From IMG/VR virus record IMGVR_UViG_2061766007_000689: a stretch of DNA of 64,000 bases, one strand, 5' to 3'. Below the pieces are notes generated by a model, which searched no databases, was not told the DNA's origin, and worked only from the letters and a program-made list of their open reading frames with translations. Below are positions 1-9,906 of the stretch, in pieces (position 1 is the stretch's first letter; each line of letters opens with the position of its first letter). The translations under genes and the position numbers were made by a program. Source of the stretch: an uncultured virus (IMG/VR IMGVR_UViG_2061766007_000689) (Duplodnaviria > Heunggongvirae > Uroviricota > Caudoviricetes).

Positions 1-143
1 AGCAGGTCAAGCTTGTCATCGTCGCTGAGGTCAAGCTCAGATTCGTCAATGAGCTTCTGTCTTGCGTCATCATCGCCCCTTGCAGCACGGAGCTTGTCAA
101 AGAGCTCGGTGATTCCTCTGTCTCTGTCAGTCACGTCACCCAT
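1..143 (-). CDS. N-terminal part of an acidic head-region protein; continues at 2642..3097 (+)
   Basis: ATG at 143 reads MGDVTDRDRGITELFDKLRAARGDDDARQKLIDESELDLSDDDKLDL. The reverse complement of 1-50 is identical to 2642-2691 and in frame with the 2702 ORF. Confidence 0.8.
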   Translation of the reverse strand, partial: MGDVTDRDRGITELFDKLRAARGDDDARQKLIDESELDLSDDDKLDL

Positions 144-144
144 C

Positions 145-846
145 TTAATACCCCCTCTGTGCTGCAGCAATCATACCTGCTGACGGTACGAAGCTGTTCT
201 CGCGGCGCTTGATGCGCTTCATGCGTACATCCGAAAGACATGTACGCACGTTCTTAATGCGGTAGTCCGACGGCACCGTTGGAGCCTGACCTTCAGGCGG
301 CATATCAGGCGGCATTGCACCTGCATCCGGCGGCGGCGGAGTCCCGGCACCTGCATCAGGCGGAGCTCCGGCTCCTGCATCAGGCGGCATGTCTGGTGGC
401 ATTGCACCTGCATCAGGCGGCATACCGCCATCGTCAATAGGTGCTTCTGCACCTGCACCTGCATCAGGCATCTCGTCGCCTCCTACATCAATATCTTTAG
501 TAGCCTCGCTGTCTCCTGCGACAGCCGTGTCAATAGCATCCTGTACCTTGTCAAGCTTGTCCTCAAGCTTGTCCTGCGCCCTCTGCACGCTCTTAAGCTT
601 ACCGCGCAGGGCATCGCATTCCCCTAAGAGGGTGTCGATGATTTCCTGTACAGCTTCATCGGCTGCAGATACATCCACGCCCCTGTCATCAAGCTCGTTC
701 AAGATTGCAAGGCCTATGCTTCTGTCGTTGCTGAACCTGTCACCGTACTTGTCAAAAAAGTCAGTTTCTCTGGCTTTCCGTTTATCGCCATAGTAGTCAT
801 CGCTGAGCTGCCTCAGGCTCGCGGCAAGTTCGTCCAATTCCGCCAT
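145..846 (-). CDS. Putative scaffolding-like head protein (coiled coil, Pro-rich repeats, tandem SDxRxK motif)
   Basis: GGAG RBS; acidic helical N-terminus; PPDAGAMPPDMPP repeats; lies two genes upstream of the probable capsid gene once the segment is re-oriented. Confidence 0.5.
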   Translation of the reverse strand: MAELDELAASLRQLSDDYYGDKRKARETDFFDKYGDRFSNDRSIGLAILNELDDRGVDVSAADEAVQEIIDTLLGECDALRGKLKSVQRAQDKLEDKLDKVQDAIDTAVAGDSEATKDIDVGGDEMPDAGAGAEAPIDDGGMPPDAGAMPPDMPPDAGAGAPPDAGAGTPPPPDAGAMPPDMPPEGQAPTVPSDYRIKNVRTCLSDVRMKRIKRRENSFVPSAGMIAAAQRGY

Positions 847-911
847 GCTTATCTCCTTATATCCGGCATTTTATATACATGCCTTATACTATGTAAATAT
901 ATAAAAATACG

Positions 912-1262
912 CTACCACCTCAGGTCACCCAGACTAGCCTTGATGGAGTCAAGTGAATTAGCCTGCCCGTTGCCAAGATGGTCTGACGTATTACCCTGTT
1001 CACCCTTGTTAGCACAGAAGTTCTGAAGAGCTTTCCTAGCATCATACTTTATAGCATCAATGGAAGGCTGCCTGCCGCCGCTTATGCTATAGTTCATGCC
1101 CTCAACTACCAGCTCTTTGAAGGCTTTATCACGGAGCATGAAGTCACCCATATTGGACGGTTCATAATTGTCCATAAGGTAGTGGTACAGGTGGTTGTAC
1201 ATAGAGTAGCTTCCATCCTGCGCCTTACGTTTGGCATGCTCCTTGTCCTTACTTCCGTACAT
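912..1262 (-). CDS. Hypothetical protein, head module
   Basis: 116-aa ORF tightly packed with its neighbours. Confidence 0.65.
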   Translation of the reverse strand: MYGSKDKEHAKRKAQDGSYSMYNHLYHYLMDNYEPSNMGDFMLRDKAFKELVVEGMNYSISGGRQPSIDAIKYDARKALQNFCANKGEQGNTSDHLGNGQANSLDSIKASLGDLRW

Positions 1263-1264
1263 TA

Positions 1265-1594
1265 TTAGACCTCATACGCACTGCCCGGTCCACGGCTAAG
1301 CACCTTGGCGATACCGGATACGTCCACGTTGTCGCTCTCCTTGTCAGCTTCGGCAGTCTTCTTCTTTTTCTTCTTCATCACGTCGGTCTCTCCCCAGCTC
1401 TTCTTCATCTTGTCCACGCTCTTCTTGCGGAGCTCCTTGCAGCGTTCGTCGCTTACCTCTGTGTCAGGCTCGTTCTGCTTACGTGTTAAAGCAGCAGCAC
1501 CGGTACAGCCACTACCCGTATTATCAAGCTGCTGCTTTGTAGCAGCTGCATTTTGTGCCTCAGCTTTCTTTGAGGCTTCATCTCTTGCATCCAT
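1265..1594 (-). CDS. Hypothetical charged low-complexity protein with an SDERCK motif
   Basis: AAGGAG RBS; 109 aa; poly-Lys tract. Confidence 0.7.
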   Translation of the reverse strand: MDARDEASKKAEAQNAAATKQQLDNTGSGCTGAAALTRKQNEPDTEVSDERCKELRKKSVDKMKKSWGETDVMKKKKKKTAEADKESDNVDVSGIAKVLSRGPGSAYEV

Positions 1595-1604
1595 TCCAGT
1601 CTCC

Positions 1605-2630
1605 TTATAACCAGTCCGTTATGGTCGCTGGCGTGACATTACGTATTCTGTCCCATGCGCTCTTGTCCTTCTTGAGGAACGCATGGAAAGCGAACCTTGC
1701 GTCCACAAGCTCAGACTGCACGCCCATGATGTTGGATTCATTGAGCGCCGCAAACTTCTCGGCGAGCCTTGCAACAAGATACCTGTATACAACAGGGTCA
1801 GGATATACAAGGCGTGTGTCAGGCGTCCAGCCAAGTTCCTTTATGACAGGAACTGTCTCCTCCTGAGCAACCGTAGTCACAGCACCTGCAGGCTGCCATG
1901 CCGTGCCGTCAAAGCGCAGCAGCTCACCGCCGATGTAGACAACATCACCCAAGTCAGGCTGAGCAGGGTACTCCGTCATAACCTTCTCATAGTTATAGTC
2001 CGTAGCAAACCTGTTGAACCAGTAGCCTGCAGAGAAGTTATATGCCACGCCGTCTGAGGCACGGTACTCAAAGCCATGCATGACCTTGATTATGCTTCCT
2101 TCAACCTCAGGAAGCTTGTCTATGTTCAGCAGCCGTGTGGTGACATCATTCCAGTCCCTCACGACTACGCCCATACCTGTCTTATCATTGTAATGGCACT
2201 CAAGGTATTCCACATTATCATTGCGTCCTGTCCACTCGAACGGGTTGTAGTCCGTCCACTCCATGCTCCTGCAGAAAAAGCCCGAGTGCCATTCACCCGT
2301 GAGCATGTTCACATAGGAACAGAAGATGTACGGAAAGTCACAGGATATGTACCTGAGCTCCCATGTACCTTCCTCACCTTCAGGTCTGCGTATGATGTAG
2401 TCCGTAAGGTCAGTGTCAGGAATATCCATAGCACGGTTCTTATGCCGCAAGAACCATCTGCTGCATCTTGCCAAATCACTGCCTGTAACATAAGGGTCAC
2501 TTATGTCAATACCGAGGTCGTTCTCCAGCGTGAAAAGCTGATAGTTCCTGTTTCTCACTACATCGTGACCGTCGGGATAAAGCTTCGGGTCACGGTTCCT
2601 GAAGGTGAAGAAAATCTGCTGGGGCTGCGG
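1605..2630 (-). CDS. Virion structural protein, possibly a head-tail adaptor; 5' end lost in the gap
   Basis: Frame stays open from 2558 up to the N gap at 2631; helical C-terminus YRYLVARLAEKFAAL; structural-module context. Confidence 0.45.
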   Translation of the reverse strand, partial: PQPQQIFFTFRNRDPKLYPDGHDVVRNRNYQLFTLENDLGIDISDPYVTGSDLARCSRWFLRHKNRAMDIPDTDLTDYIIRRPEGEEGTWELRYISCDFPYIFCSYVNMLTGEWHSGFFCRSMEWTDYNPFEWTGRNDNVEYLECHYNDKTGMGVVVRDWNDVTTRLLNIDKLPEVEGSIIKVMHGFEYRASDGVAYNFSAGYWFNRFATDYNYEKVMTEYPAQPDLGDVVYIGGELLRFDGTAWQPAGAVTTVAQEETVPVIKELGWTPDTRLVYPDPVVYRYLVARLAEKFAALNESNIMGVQSELVDARFAFHAFLKKDKSAWDRIRNVTPATITDWL

Positions 2631-2641
2631 NNNNNNNNNNT

Positions 2642-3097
2642 ATTGACGAATCTGAGCTTGACCTCAGCGACGATGACAAGCTTGACCTGCTTGAAGGCAG
2701 CATGGATGACAGCTATGACTGGGACGCTGATGAATCAGATGTAAGTCAGGCTGCACAGGAAATGGCGAATGAAGACAATACGCCTGTCAAAGTCAAAGAG
2801 ACTGATTCAGACAGTGACGGTGACCCTGACAAAGTGACAATCACTAAGCAGGATGCCGAAGACGATGCTGATGACGATGAGGACGAAGACATTCCTGAAG
2901 GCTTGGAAGACACTTTCGATGACTTCGATATTGGCGGTGGGGACACTGCAGGAGATGCAGCTGACATGGATGACACTGATTCAGTAAAAGATGAAGTGCC
3001 GCATGATGAGGAACTTGCCCAGCAGGGTGAGGATAACATGGTTAAAGTGGGCGCACGGTTTGGGGAACATCTTGCCGACCTGTCGCACCATCAATAG
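2642..3097 (+). CDS. Very acidic protein, C-terminal part (joined to 143..1)
   Basis: D/E-rich ORF immediately upstream of the probable capsid gene. Confidence 0.75.
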   Translation: MDESELDLSDDDKLDLLEGSMDDSYDWDADESDVSQAAQEMANEDNTPVKVKETDSDSDGDPDKVTITKQDAEDDADDDEDEDIPEGLEDTFDDFDIGGGDTAGDAADMDDTDSVKDEVPHDEELAQQGEDNMVKVGARFGEHLADLSHHQ

Positions 3098-3122
3098 TAA
3101 ATAGGTAACGGAGGATAATTAC

Positions 3123-4895
3123 ATGCCTATATCACAGGATTATATTGAAGGTATGTCTAAGCAGGTGTTCATTGTTGAGTACCTGCTTAATGGTATGTTC
3201 CCGTGTCAGTCTAACATTGTACGGCTTATCCGTAACAAGAAACGTGACTGGAAGTTCGGGGACAAGTTTGAATACCGTATGCTGCTTAGCGGCACCAACA
3301 CAGGTGGTTCTCTGAACAGTCAGGTGTACAGAGAAAATGTTTCCCTTATCAAGCCGAATGACATTGACATCGGAACTTTCCGTGCGACATACGGTTCGGT
3401 AACAGACGGCTTTGACGTTGACCTTACACTCAACCTCGAAACCAAAGAAAAGAAAGTGGCGTTCGAGAACGACTTCTCGACACATATGCATCTTCTCAGA
3501 ATGAACGTGGCAGGTCTCTTTAAGAACTTTGCCATTCACGGTCAGTTCGGTGTTCTCCACCAGCTGTCAGCACCCTATCAGGATGGCGCTACATGGCGTG
3601 GCGGTTGCTCGCCTATCCACAATGACCAGACAGTGCACATGGAAACAGTACGTGGTAACGATGCATACCGTGCATGCCCGAACGTATTCACTGCGGCACA
3701 GATTGGTGGCACAGGCGCACAGCGTCTTCCGTTCCGCATCAAGGTACCTATCAATGTCTATATGAGTAACTTCAAGAAAGGTCGCTACATCATCAAGACA
3801 AAAGAGGTTGCTCCATGGGGTGAAGCGGATGTTTCGGAAATGTACCTCATTCTTGAAAACCAGCCGGGCTTCCTCACACTGCTCGCTGTAGGTACAACAG
3901 TATCTGACTGGCGTGAAGGTGAGTTCCTTGAGGTAACTGGTAACCGTGAAATTACGGCTAATGCACGTATCTTCGATGAAGCTTGGGAAAAGAACGCAAT
4001 TACTGTTTCCACAGGTCCTTACGCAGGTAAGTATGACCTCTTCAACTACGACGGTAACNNNNNNNNNNNNNNNNNNNNNNNNNNNNNNNNNGCCACAGGT
4101 CCTTACGCAGGTAAGTATGACCTCTTCAACTACGACGGTAACGCTAAGTATACAAGCGGCGACGAAGCTGTTGTAGGTGCAATGGAAGGTCTTGCGGACA
4201 TTTTCTCATGGTACACAGACCCTGCTGAAATTGCCAACGGCGTAGAGAACCGTCTCGGTCTTGACCGTGCTTTCCGTGACCAGCCTAACAGACTTCTGTA
4301 TACTGCAGAACAGGCAGGTCATTTCGTACTTCAGTACGCAAACGAGCACATCATCGATGCTATCCTTCGCGGTGTGTTCCTCACTAAGTCAGCTGTACCT
4401 GATGCTGATATGCAGGTGTGGTTGAACCCTGTAACCAAGCTTGAAATGGGCTATGAGGAAGGTGAGAACGTAAGAGTTATCCGCGACAACTTGATTGCTG
4501 GTCCTATTATCTACCAGCGTGGTATCAAGTCATTCGCACTTCAGGTAGGTAACTCAGTTATCGAAGAAGTTGTCGAAGACCTCAACATGCCGACAGACGT
4601 TATCCTTATCGGTCCGAAGAACGATATTGCATACAACTGCTGGGACAATGCGGCATTTGAAATGGACAAATACATTCAGGAAACATGGGGCAAGCAGAAA
4701 CCGCCCGCTATCCAGAATCTTGAAATCCCGAAAGAGTTTATCACGAAGCTTGACCTTTCATCACGTATCACATACGGTTCACCGACACTNNNNNNNNNNG
4801 CGATGCATGAAATGGGTGCCCTGTTTACAGAGTATCCGTACACATACACCGTGGTTAAGCTCCGTCATCCGATTTTTGAAATTACTACAGTGTAG
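3123..4895 (+). CDS. Probable major capsid protein
   Basis: GGAGG RBS; codon usage looks biased as in highly expressed genes (CGT, GGT, AAC, TTC); follows scaffold-like and acidic genes; spans two N gaps. Fold not verified. Confidence 0.55.
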   Translation: MPISQDYIEGMSKQVFIVEYLLNGMFPCQSNIVRLIRNKKRDWKFGDKFEYRMLLSGTNTGGSLNSQVYRENVSLIKPNDIDIGTFRATYGSVTDGFDVDLTLNLETKEKKVAFENDFSTHMHLLRMNVAGLFKNFAIHGQFGVLHQLSAPYQDGATWRGGCSPIHNDQTVHMETVRGNDAYRACPNVFTAAQIGGTGAQRLPFRIKVPINVYMSNFKKGRYIIKTKEVAPWGEADVSEMYLILENQPGFLTLLAVGTTVSDWREGEFLEVTGNREITANARIFDEAWEKNAITVSTGPYAGKYDLFNYDGNXXXXXXXXXXXATGPYAGKYDLFNYDGNAKYTSGDEAVVGAMEGLADIFSWYTDPAEIANGVENRLGLDRAFRDQPNRLLYTAEQAGHFVLQYANEHIIDAILRGVFLTKSAVPDADMQVWLNPVTKLEMGYEEGENVRVIRDNLIAGPIIYQRGIKSFALQVGNSVIEEVVEDLNMPTDVILIGPKNDIAYNCWDNAAFEMDKYIQETWGKQKPPAIQNLEIPKEFITKLDLSSRITYGSPTXXXXAMHEMGALFTEYPYTYTVVKLRHPIFEITTV

Positions 4896-4917
4896 CGTAG
4901 TGTAGGAGGTCATCAGA

Positions 4918-6801
4918 ATGGCTCATGCAGGAGGCTACCCTTCTTTTCAGAAGGTGAGCGTCAAAAAGACTAAGTCAGGCAGGGACAGCCGTGTAGGTCT
5001 TTATGAGACTAACTTAGGCAACAGTACATTCCAGTATGACCTTACATCAGGATGGGTACCCAAGAGACAGGATGGCTGGCTCAAGGGTGCCGAGCTCAAC
5101 AAGGGCAGTGCCATGGGCTACAGGATGCTTACTGGCACTGACGGTAAAAGAAGGCGTGTCTACTACCTTAAAGGATATGACCGTGGTGGCTGGCACACAG
5201 ACAGTAAAGAAGACCAAGACCGCTACCGACATTCAGGCAGCGGTCAGTTCGGCTGGTATTCTGGCTCACCTATGGCGACCAAGATACTTGAGACCGAGGA
5301 GCTCAGCTTCAGCGGTGAGCCCGGTAAGGACTACCTTGCAGCTGAGGCTCGTGAAGGTCACATTCAGAAGATAGAGTATAATGCGGATACTCACATGATG
5401 CGTGTGACGTTCGGGGGCAGGGGCGGACCCAATGGTGTAGCAGGACGTGAGGATATATGCCTGTTCTATCCTACACCAGATGAAGTTGCAGGACATCTTA
5501 TGAAACTTGCAGAATCAGGGGCTACACACGGACACTATGAGACAGGTGACAGACGAGCCAAGCATACGCTAGGTGTAGAGTTCTGGAATCTTGTGCGCAT
5601 ACGCGGACAGCGTGAGGGCTCTAAGATACCGTTCGAGTACAAGCAGCATGGCGCATACAAACTTACCGGCAGGGGTGATAGGTATACTGTTAAGCTTACT
5701 GCCAAGAACATTGAGCTTATAACAGGGAAGAAACACCCTGAGTATAAGCCCGGTGATATTGTCACCACCGTGCTGACACCTGAGGAGCTTGACCGCTTTA
5801 GGCAGATAGTAGTACAGGACAGTGCTACCAGAAGTTCTAACAGCGTGGTACAGATGAAGTCTGTACGCGATGAAACTGGCAACGTCCGCATGCAGGAGAC
5901 ATCAGGCTACTATGAAGATTACGACAAGTTCGGTAATGTAATAAAAGGTGGTGAGCAGGTAGCTGAAAAGACTGATAGCAATATATTCAAAGGTCTTTTA
6001 AGCGGTAAGGAGCTGCAGAACTATGAAGACATGGAGCGTACGCTGGATACGGCAATCAACAGTAAGGTTGCTAAGGAACGCAGGGATGCTAAGAGTAAAC
6101 CGTTCAGCTATGTAGATGCTGAAGGTAACAGGCTGGCTGTCAACCCGTTAAATGTGATAGGAAGCGCTGAGCAGGCTGCATCTGAGGCAGGACAGGCTTT
6201 CTCTGCTGTAGGTCTGGATGGTAATGTAGCAGAAGCAAACACCATTAAGGGAAAGTACAGGAAGCTTGAGAATATGCGCAGGCAGGCACAGGCTGAGTAT
6301 GATGCACTGCGTGCACAGGGCTTCTCAGATGAAGTGATATATAAGAAGTTCGGTGTCAAGCCTCCTTCAGGAAGCTTCAACTATGATATGCGTTACAGAG
6401 ACCTTACGGACAAAGCATCTGCACAGAAGGTCAGTGCGCAGTTTATGAAGGATGCGCTGGAAAAGCAGCATGGCGAAGGCGCTTATGCACAGTACAGGCA
6501 CATGGAGAAGCGTGAGCATGCTAATGAAGCTGCACGCAGTACAATGGGCAAGGTATGGACTAAGCAGGACCTCAGGGACTTTGCCAAGCTTGTGCCGCAG
6601 GGCAGGTACGACGGTTTCCAGAACGTCGAGCATTACAGGCAGTATAAGCAGCTTATAGATGACGGCAAGTATGCGAGTGCTTGGAACTTTCTTAAGAACT
6701 GCCGCAGGGAAGTAAAGGACCCTACTGGCAAGGTCATACTTACGCCTAAGTATGCAGGTGAACATAGCAGGGCTGTGCTCTCTATGGATGACTATATGTA
6801 G
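4918..6801 (+). CDS. Large basic protein with a KTSC-like domain
   Basis: GHIQKIEYNADTHMMRVTF...LFYPTPDEVAGHLM...LGVEFWNLVR follows the KTSC pattern (I..I.YD.....L.V.F...Y..VP..V...L...S.G.YF...IR). Confidence 0.5.
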   Translation: MAHAGGYPSFQKVSVKKTKSGRDSRVGLYETNLGNSTFQYDLTSGWVPKRQDGWLKGAELNKGSAMGYRMLTGTDGKRRRVYYLKGYDRGGWHTDSKEDQDRYRHSGSGQFGWYSGSPMATKILETEELSFSGEPGKDYLAAEAREGHIQKIEYNADTHMMRVTFGGRGGPNGVAGREDICLFYPTPDEVAGHLMKLAESGATHGHYETGDRRAKHTLGVEFWNLVRIRGQREGSKIPFEYKQHGAYKLTGRGDRYTVKLTAKNIELITGKKHPEYKPGDIVTTVLTPEELDRFRQIVVQDSATRSSNSVVQMKSVRDETGNVRMQETSGYYEDYDKFGNVIKGGEQVAEKTDSNIFKGLLSGKELQNYEDMERTLDTAINSKVAKERRDAKSKPFSYVDAEGNRLAVNPLNVIGSAEQAASEAGQAFSAVGLDGNVAEANTIKGKYRKLENMRRQAQAEYDALRAQGFSDEVIYKKFGVKPPSGSFNYDMRYRDLTDKASAQKVSAQFMKDALEKQHGEGAYAQYRHMEKREHANEAARSTMGKVWTKQDLRDFAKLVPQGRYDGFQNVEHYRQYKQLIDDGKYASAWNFLKNCRREVKDPTGKVILTPKYAGEHSRAVLSMDDYM

Positions 6802-6825
6802 TATTAGATATATAAGGAGTTTGAA

Positions 6826-7182
6826 ATGATTACAGCATGCAGGCTTAATAACAAGAACATGCGAGGAATACGCCGCAGCGAGGAATACCAATGCGTTATG
6901 GTTGACCTTGCCATGCTCGGCGTAATCAGCAAGGAAGAATGTGAAATGCTGATTGGGGGCAGTATCCCGAAGAATCTTACTCTGCCGGACGGCAAGCAGG
7001 GTCATCTTATCTCCGAGAGCAATATCCCGAAGCAACCTGTGCAGACTGACAGTGCTCAGGAGTCACCTGAGAACGGCAGCCATGTGCAGCTTGACGGTGA
7101 AGGCACTACTCAGGAGTCATCTGAGGGTGACAGCGGATTTGTAAGCGCCGACGGATTTACAGTAGACACTGTAGGAGAGTAA
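6826..7182 (+). CDS. Hypothetical protein
   Basis: AAGGAG RBS; 118 aa with an acidic tail. Confidence 0.7.
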   Translation: MITACRLNNKNMRGIRRSEEYQCVMVDLAMLGVISKEECEMLIGGSIPKNLTLPDGKQGHLISESNIPKQPVQTDSAQESPENGSHVQLDGEGTTQESSEGDSGFVSADGFTVDTVGE

Positions 7183-7185
7183 TAA

Positions 7186-8448
7186 ATGAGCACGTTTACA
7201 GACTGGAACGGTCCTAACTGTGCTCCCGGCTACCGCGCAGGTGACCTTGCAGACATGGTGCAGCGCTATCAGGCTGTGCTCAGCAACCTGCAGGCTCACA
7301 TCGACGCTACGCCGGGCGGTCAGGATGTTCATCACATAAAGGAATATATCGAGCCGCTGCTCAACGAATGTGCCAAGACAACGGACATTCTCAGCAGGCT
7401 TGAATCATATGCCAAGCTCACGGACATTCCTGACCTGTCTGCCTACGTGCAGCATCAGGAACTTATTCCGTATGCAAAGAGGGAGGAGCTTGAGCACTTT
7501 GTAGTTGACACTACGCTTGAGCGCTACCTGAAGATTGCTGACTTGGATTCACAGCGTATCATTACCCTGATGCGCGCAGCCATAAAGGAACTGCAGGACT
7601 GGTTTGTTGACCCTGCGAGTATTGCTGACTTCAAGCATGTGGTCAAGACCAGTGACTACTTTGAGGGCATGGTGCATGCCCTTGAGCAGATTGATTTCAC
7701 CGACAGAAGGGAAGCCGCTTACATCGGCGGCTCTGATGATGTCGGCGTTTACTATATCCTAGGCATGTTTGTCGGAAAGGCTGGCACGGCGTACATCAAG
7801 TACGTTGATGACAAGCCGTTCAGTGCGGCAATCAACTTTGCAGTCACGCCTGAGCTTAAGGGCGAGCTGTCTGTAACCACTGACAGTGACCTTGAGGGTT
7901 TGAAGTTCAAGATTGTAAAGGGCACTGACAGACAGGGTACGGAACACCTTTACCTTGCCATTCAGTCAACTGAATGGATACCGCAGTTCATAAGCTACGA
8001 TGGTACGGGAATGTTCTCTACGATAGACTTCGAGGTGTCAGGAATCAACTTCGTGCCAATCAACTCTGCTGGCTGGCAGAAGAACAACGGTTCATGCAGC
8101 GACGTATGCGACTGCATCTCGGGAAGAGGCTTCTCGTTCTCGAAGCTCGCCAGTGTAGTGCTCGACAAGCGCATCTTCATGGAAGCAGGCAATCCGTACA
8201 TCACACATAATGATGTAAAGCCCCTTGATGCTATCGGCACGGTAATCTATTGGGATGACTGGCAGGAAGACGAACAGGGCAACCGTTTCGCCGTGAACGT
8301 GCCTGACGGCTATCATGCCTGCGACGGCACACCTGTGCTACCTGAGGATGACGTGGATGAAAAGTTCCGTGCTAAGTACGACAATTATCCTACAGTTGAT
8401 TACTGTATGATTAAGACACGGCACATTGTAGGAGCTGAAGGTGACTAA
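7186..8448 (+). CDS. Tail or fibre-associated protein with a collar-like C-terminus
   Basis: YAKxTDI and YAKREEL repeats typical of fibres; IGTVIYW...VPDGYHACDGT resembles a phage tail-collar domain. Confidence 0.55.
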   Translation: MSTFTDWNGPNCAPGYRAGDLADMVQRYQAVLSNLQAHIDATPGGQDVHHIKEYIEPLLNECAKTTDILSRLESYAKLTDIPDLSAYVQHQELIPYAKREELEHFVVDTTLERYLKIADLDSQRIITLMRAAIKELQDWFVDPASIADFKHVVKTSDYFEGMVHALEQIDFTDRREAAYIGGSDDVGVYYILGMFVGKAGTAYIKYVDDKPFSAAINFAVTPELKGELSVTTDSDLEGLKFKIVKGTDRQGTEHLYLAIQSTEWIPQFISYDGTGMFSTIDFEVSGINFVPINSAGWQKNNGSCSDVCDCISGRGFSFSKLASVVLDKRIFMEAGNPYITHNDVKPLDAIGTVIYWDDWQEDEQGNRFAVNVPDGYHACDGTPVLPEDDVDEKFRAKYDNYPTVDYCMIKTRHIVGAEGD

Positions 8449-8707
8449 GGAAGAGGCTAACAGCATCATCAAGGCTGCTTGGGTACGCAGCCTGCAGAAG
8501 CGTACCAGCATCCCTGAGGATATTAGCGAGACATATAAAGCATGGGTCATAGGACTCACCAACCGTGCGTCTGCCCAGCTGACGCAGACACAGGGCGCTC
8601 AGCAGCAGGCTCAGGGGCAAGCACCGGAAGGTGCTACTGCGCCTGAACAGCAGGAAAGCAGCGGTCAGGAGGGTCAGGGTCAGGAACAAGAGGAGGCTAG
8701 TTCGTAA
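8441..8707 (+). CDS. Hypothetical Gln-rich protein
   Basis: Overlaps both neighbours at the stop/start junctions. Confidence 0.6.
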   Translation: MTKEEANSIIKAAWVRSLQKRTSIPEDISETYKAWVIGLTNRASAQLTQTQGAQQQAQGQAPEGATAPEQQESSGQEGQGQEQEEASS

Positions 8708-9219
8708 TGGCAGCTAGAACAATAAATTATCACGGCGGCGAGAAGATTTACAACAAGGAACGTGTGGACGCTCTCATCGCCGAAACCAATGCCCTTATCG
8801 AGGACCTTGAAGAACGCAAGCAGGATGTGCTCACGTTTGACGATGAGCCGCTGCATGACAGTGACAACCCTGTAAAGTCTAAAGGCATCTATGAGGCTAT
8901 CAGAAATGCCGCGAGTGTACCTGTAGGTGAGACAATGTTCTGGTTCTTTACTGAGTGTGAAGAACGTACATTGCATTCTGACTCACCTTTTGAGTTTGAT
9001 GTGCAGGGCAAGCACTACAGCGTAGAAGTGCCGGATGCTACAGCAAAGCTTCAAGTTGCTATTGATGTGCCTGAATGCTGGCATGCACTTAATGGACGTG
9101 CAGAACTTGTAGCTGCTGACTACCCTGAGCTTGCTACACTTATGCCAGACAACATAACCAAAGATGGGAAGATTTGGCTGCCTTATGTGCGCCACAAGAT
9201 TATAAAGGTAAGATACTAG
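8707..9219 (+). CDS. Tail-collar-like fibre protein
   Basis: FDDEPLHDSDNPVKSKGIYEAI fibre motif; VPVGETMFW...WHALNG...ADYPELA collar motif. Confidence 0.6.
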   Translation: MAARTINYHGGEKIYNKERVDALIAETNALIEDLEERKQDVLTFDDEPLHDSDNPVKSKGIYEAIRNAASVPVGETMFWFFTECEERTLHSDSPFEFDVQGKHYSVEVPDATAKLQVAIDVPECWHALNGRAELVAADYPELATLMPDNITKDGKIWLPYVRHKIIKVRY

Positions 9220-9228
9220 GAGGATATA

Positions 9229-9894
9229 ATGAGTTGCCAGCAGTTTTTGGATGATGCACAACTTGTAACTGTACAGGAAGTTGAGGCAATGCTCAATGCT
9301 ACTGTTGTCCCGGAAGAGACTATTCAGGGCATGATTGACTCAGAAAAAGAGATGCGTGAAGCTTCAGAATCGGCAATACGTACTCTCATTGACCAAGAGC
9401 GCGAGACACGTGCCAATGAAAAGCTTGAGCTTGATGACAAGATTTCAGATGAAGCTGATATACGCAGCCGGGCTGATGCAGGTCTTGCAGAAGACATACA
9501 TCAGGAAGAGGAAAAGCGCAAGCAGGCTGATACTGACCTTGTACACGCTATTGAAGAAATGCGTGAATATGAGACAGAAGACCTGCCTAACGTACATTGC
9601 AGACGGCTTAAGGGTCTGCCTATTGCTGAAATGACTGTTCATAACACGGATAAGTCACTCCATGTAGGCGACACCATTGCTACTGTAGACGAGAAATGGT
9701 TTCCGAAACTTGCCTATGACTTCTGGATGGACGTAGAGCAGATTGACAGCGGCACAGGTACAAGCAAGACAGTGCTTATTCACTGCCGCCTCGACAATGA
9801 CGGTAACATCAATGTAATCAACATGATTGACGGACTTCTTGCTGCTACATCGGCAACAGACGTATACACATTCATGTACTTTACTGAAAAATAA
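9229..9894 (+). CDS. Fibre-like coiled-coil protein
   Basis: E..R..AD..L repeats (EADIRSRADAGL, EEEKRKQADTDL) typical of phage fibre shafts. Confidence 0.6.
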   Translation: MSCQQFLDDAQLVTVQEVEAMLNATVVPEETIQGMIDSEKEMREASESAIRTLIDQERETRANEKLELDDKISDEADIRSRADAGLAEDIHQEEEKRKQADTDLVHAIEEMREYETEDLPNVHCRRLKGLPIAEMTVHNTDKSLHVGDTIATVDEKWFPKLAYDFWMDVEQIDSGTGTSKTVLIHCRLDNDGNINVINMIDGLLAATSATDVYTFMYFTEK

Positions 9895-9906
9895 TGGAGG
9901 CATAAA

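Noticed and set aside
4009..4142. 50-bp direct repeat inside the capsid gene
   Set aside because: The two copies flank an N gap, so this is an unmerged contig overlap rather than a real duplication.
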